From positions 34,771-40,545 of the forward strand of contig CAJNON010000274.1 in assembly GCA_905250065.1 (NCBI GenBank): a stretch of 5,775 nucleotides of DNA, written 5' to 3'. Positions 5,621 to 5,775 of this stretch are shown here, in pieces. This stretch comes from Adineta steineri. Its lineage: Eukaryota. The stretch's first letter is position 1; each line of letters opens with the position of its first letter. A model generated the notes under the pieces. It saw nothing but the letters and a program-made list of their open reading frames with translations. It did no database searches and was not told where the DNA came from. Made by a program: the position numbers and the translations under genes.

Positions 5621-5775
5621 TTAGATTTCTCTTTTCCCAACATATGCAAACAAACCATATTTAGTTTTCATCGTTACACCTTTCATTTCAGGAACAATTT
5701 GTTGTCCAGGTACTAACTTGAAGTTACACCGTTGTACAAGCATTGCAAGCATCACTTTTGCTTCGAGTATTGCAA
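5621..5775 (-). CDS. Cytochrome P450, C-terminal fragment (50 aa plus stop; 5' part lies beyond the window)
   Basis: The minus-strand frame from 5773 reads 'AILEAKVMLAMLVQRCNFKLVPGQQIVPEMKGVTMKTKYGLFAYVGKREI*', with the stop as tta at 5621-5623. This fits the P450 L-helix and C-terminal pattern that follows the heme Cys loop ('..FA.LE.K..LA.L...F.F........P.......T......GL...V..R'). The partial codon at the window edge (xTT) is compatible with the expected Phe. The ORF track does not list it. Confidence 0.7.
   Translation of the reverse strand, partial: AILEAKVMLAMLVQRCNFKLVPGQQIVPEMKGVTMKTKYGLFAYVGKREI

Noticed and set aside
1-5775. The expectation that the window holds a novel prokaryotic system such as a defence island, operon or CRISPR array
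   Set aside because: Spliceosomal introns, poly(A) signals and metazoan gene families explain the coding content. There are no repeat-spacer arrays, integrase or transposase ORFs, or co-oriented tightly packed operon.
795-5775. The idea that AANAT-like enzyme, GPCR and P450 form a functional biogenic-amine gene cluster
   Set aside because: The receptor lacks the TM3 Asp typical of aminergic receptors. The genes lie on different strands with an unrelated housekeeping gene (SHQ1) between them. Adjacency in a gene-dense genome is not evidence of co-function.

Overview
This window looks eukaryotic, not prokaryotic, and I find no defence island, operon, CRISPR array, mobile element or other novel multi-gene system in it. 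It is strongly A+T-rich by eye (not computed). It has canonical GT..AG introns of only 52-58 nt, AATAAA signals just after stop codons, and metazoan-type gene content. The compact layout and tiny introns suggest a bdelloid-rotifer-like invertebrate genome, but that assignment is inference. I can support four protein-coding genes. (1) 795-1445 (+) is an intronless GNAT acetyltransferase of the insect-type arylalkylamine N-acetyltransferase (Dat-like) family. (2) 1881-3332 (+) is an SHQ1 homologue (H/ACA snoRNP assembly factor). The supplied ORF track splits it into three TTG-start ORFs, but it is one 3-exon gene of 447 aa. (3) 3970-4981 (-) is a divergent rhodopsin-like 7TM receptor, and the track's C-terminus is most likely intron read-through. 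(4) 5621-5775 (-) is the C-terminal end of a cytochrome P450, truncated by the window edge and absent from the ORF track. The most useful observations are gene-model corrections, the atypical receptor motifs, and a few small unexplained structures in intergenic DNA. All homology statements rest on remembered family motifs, not on database searches.
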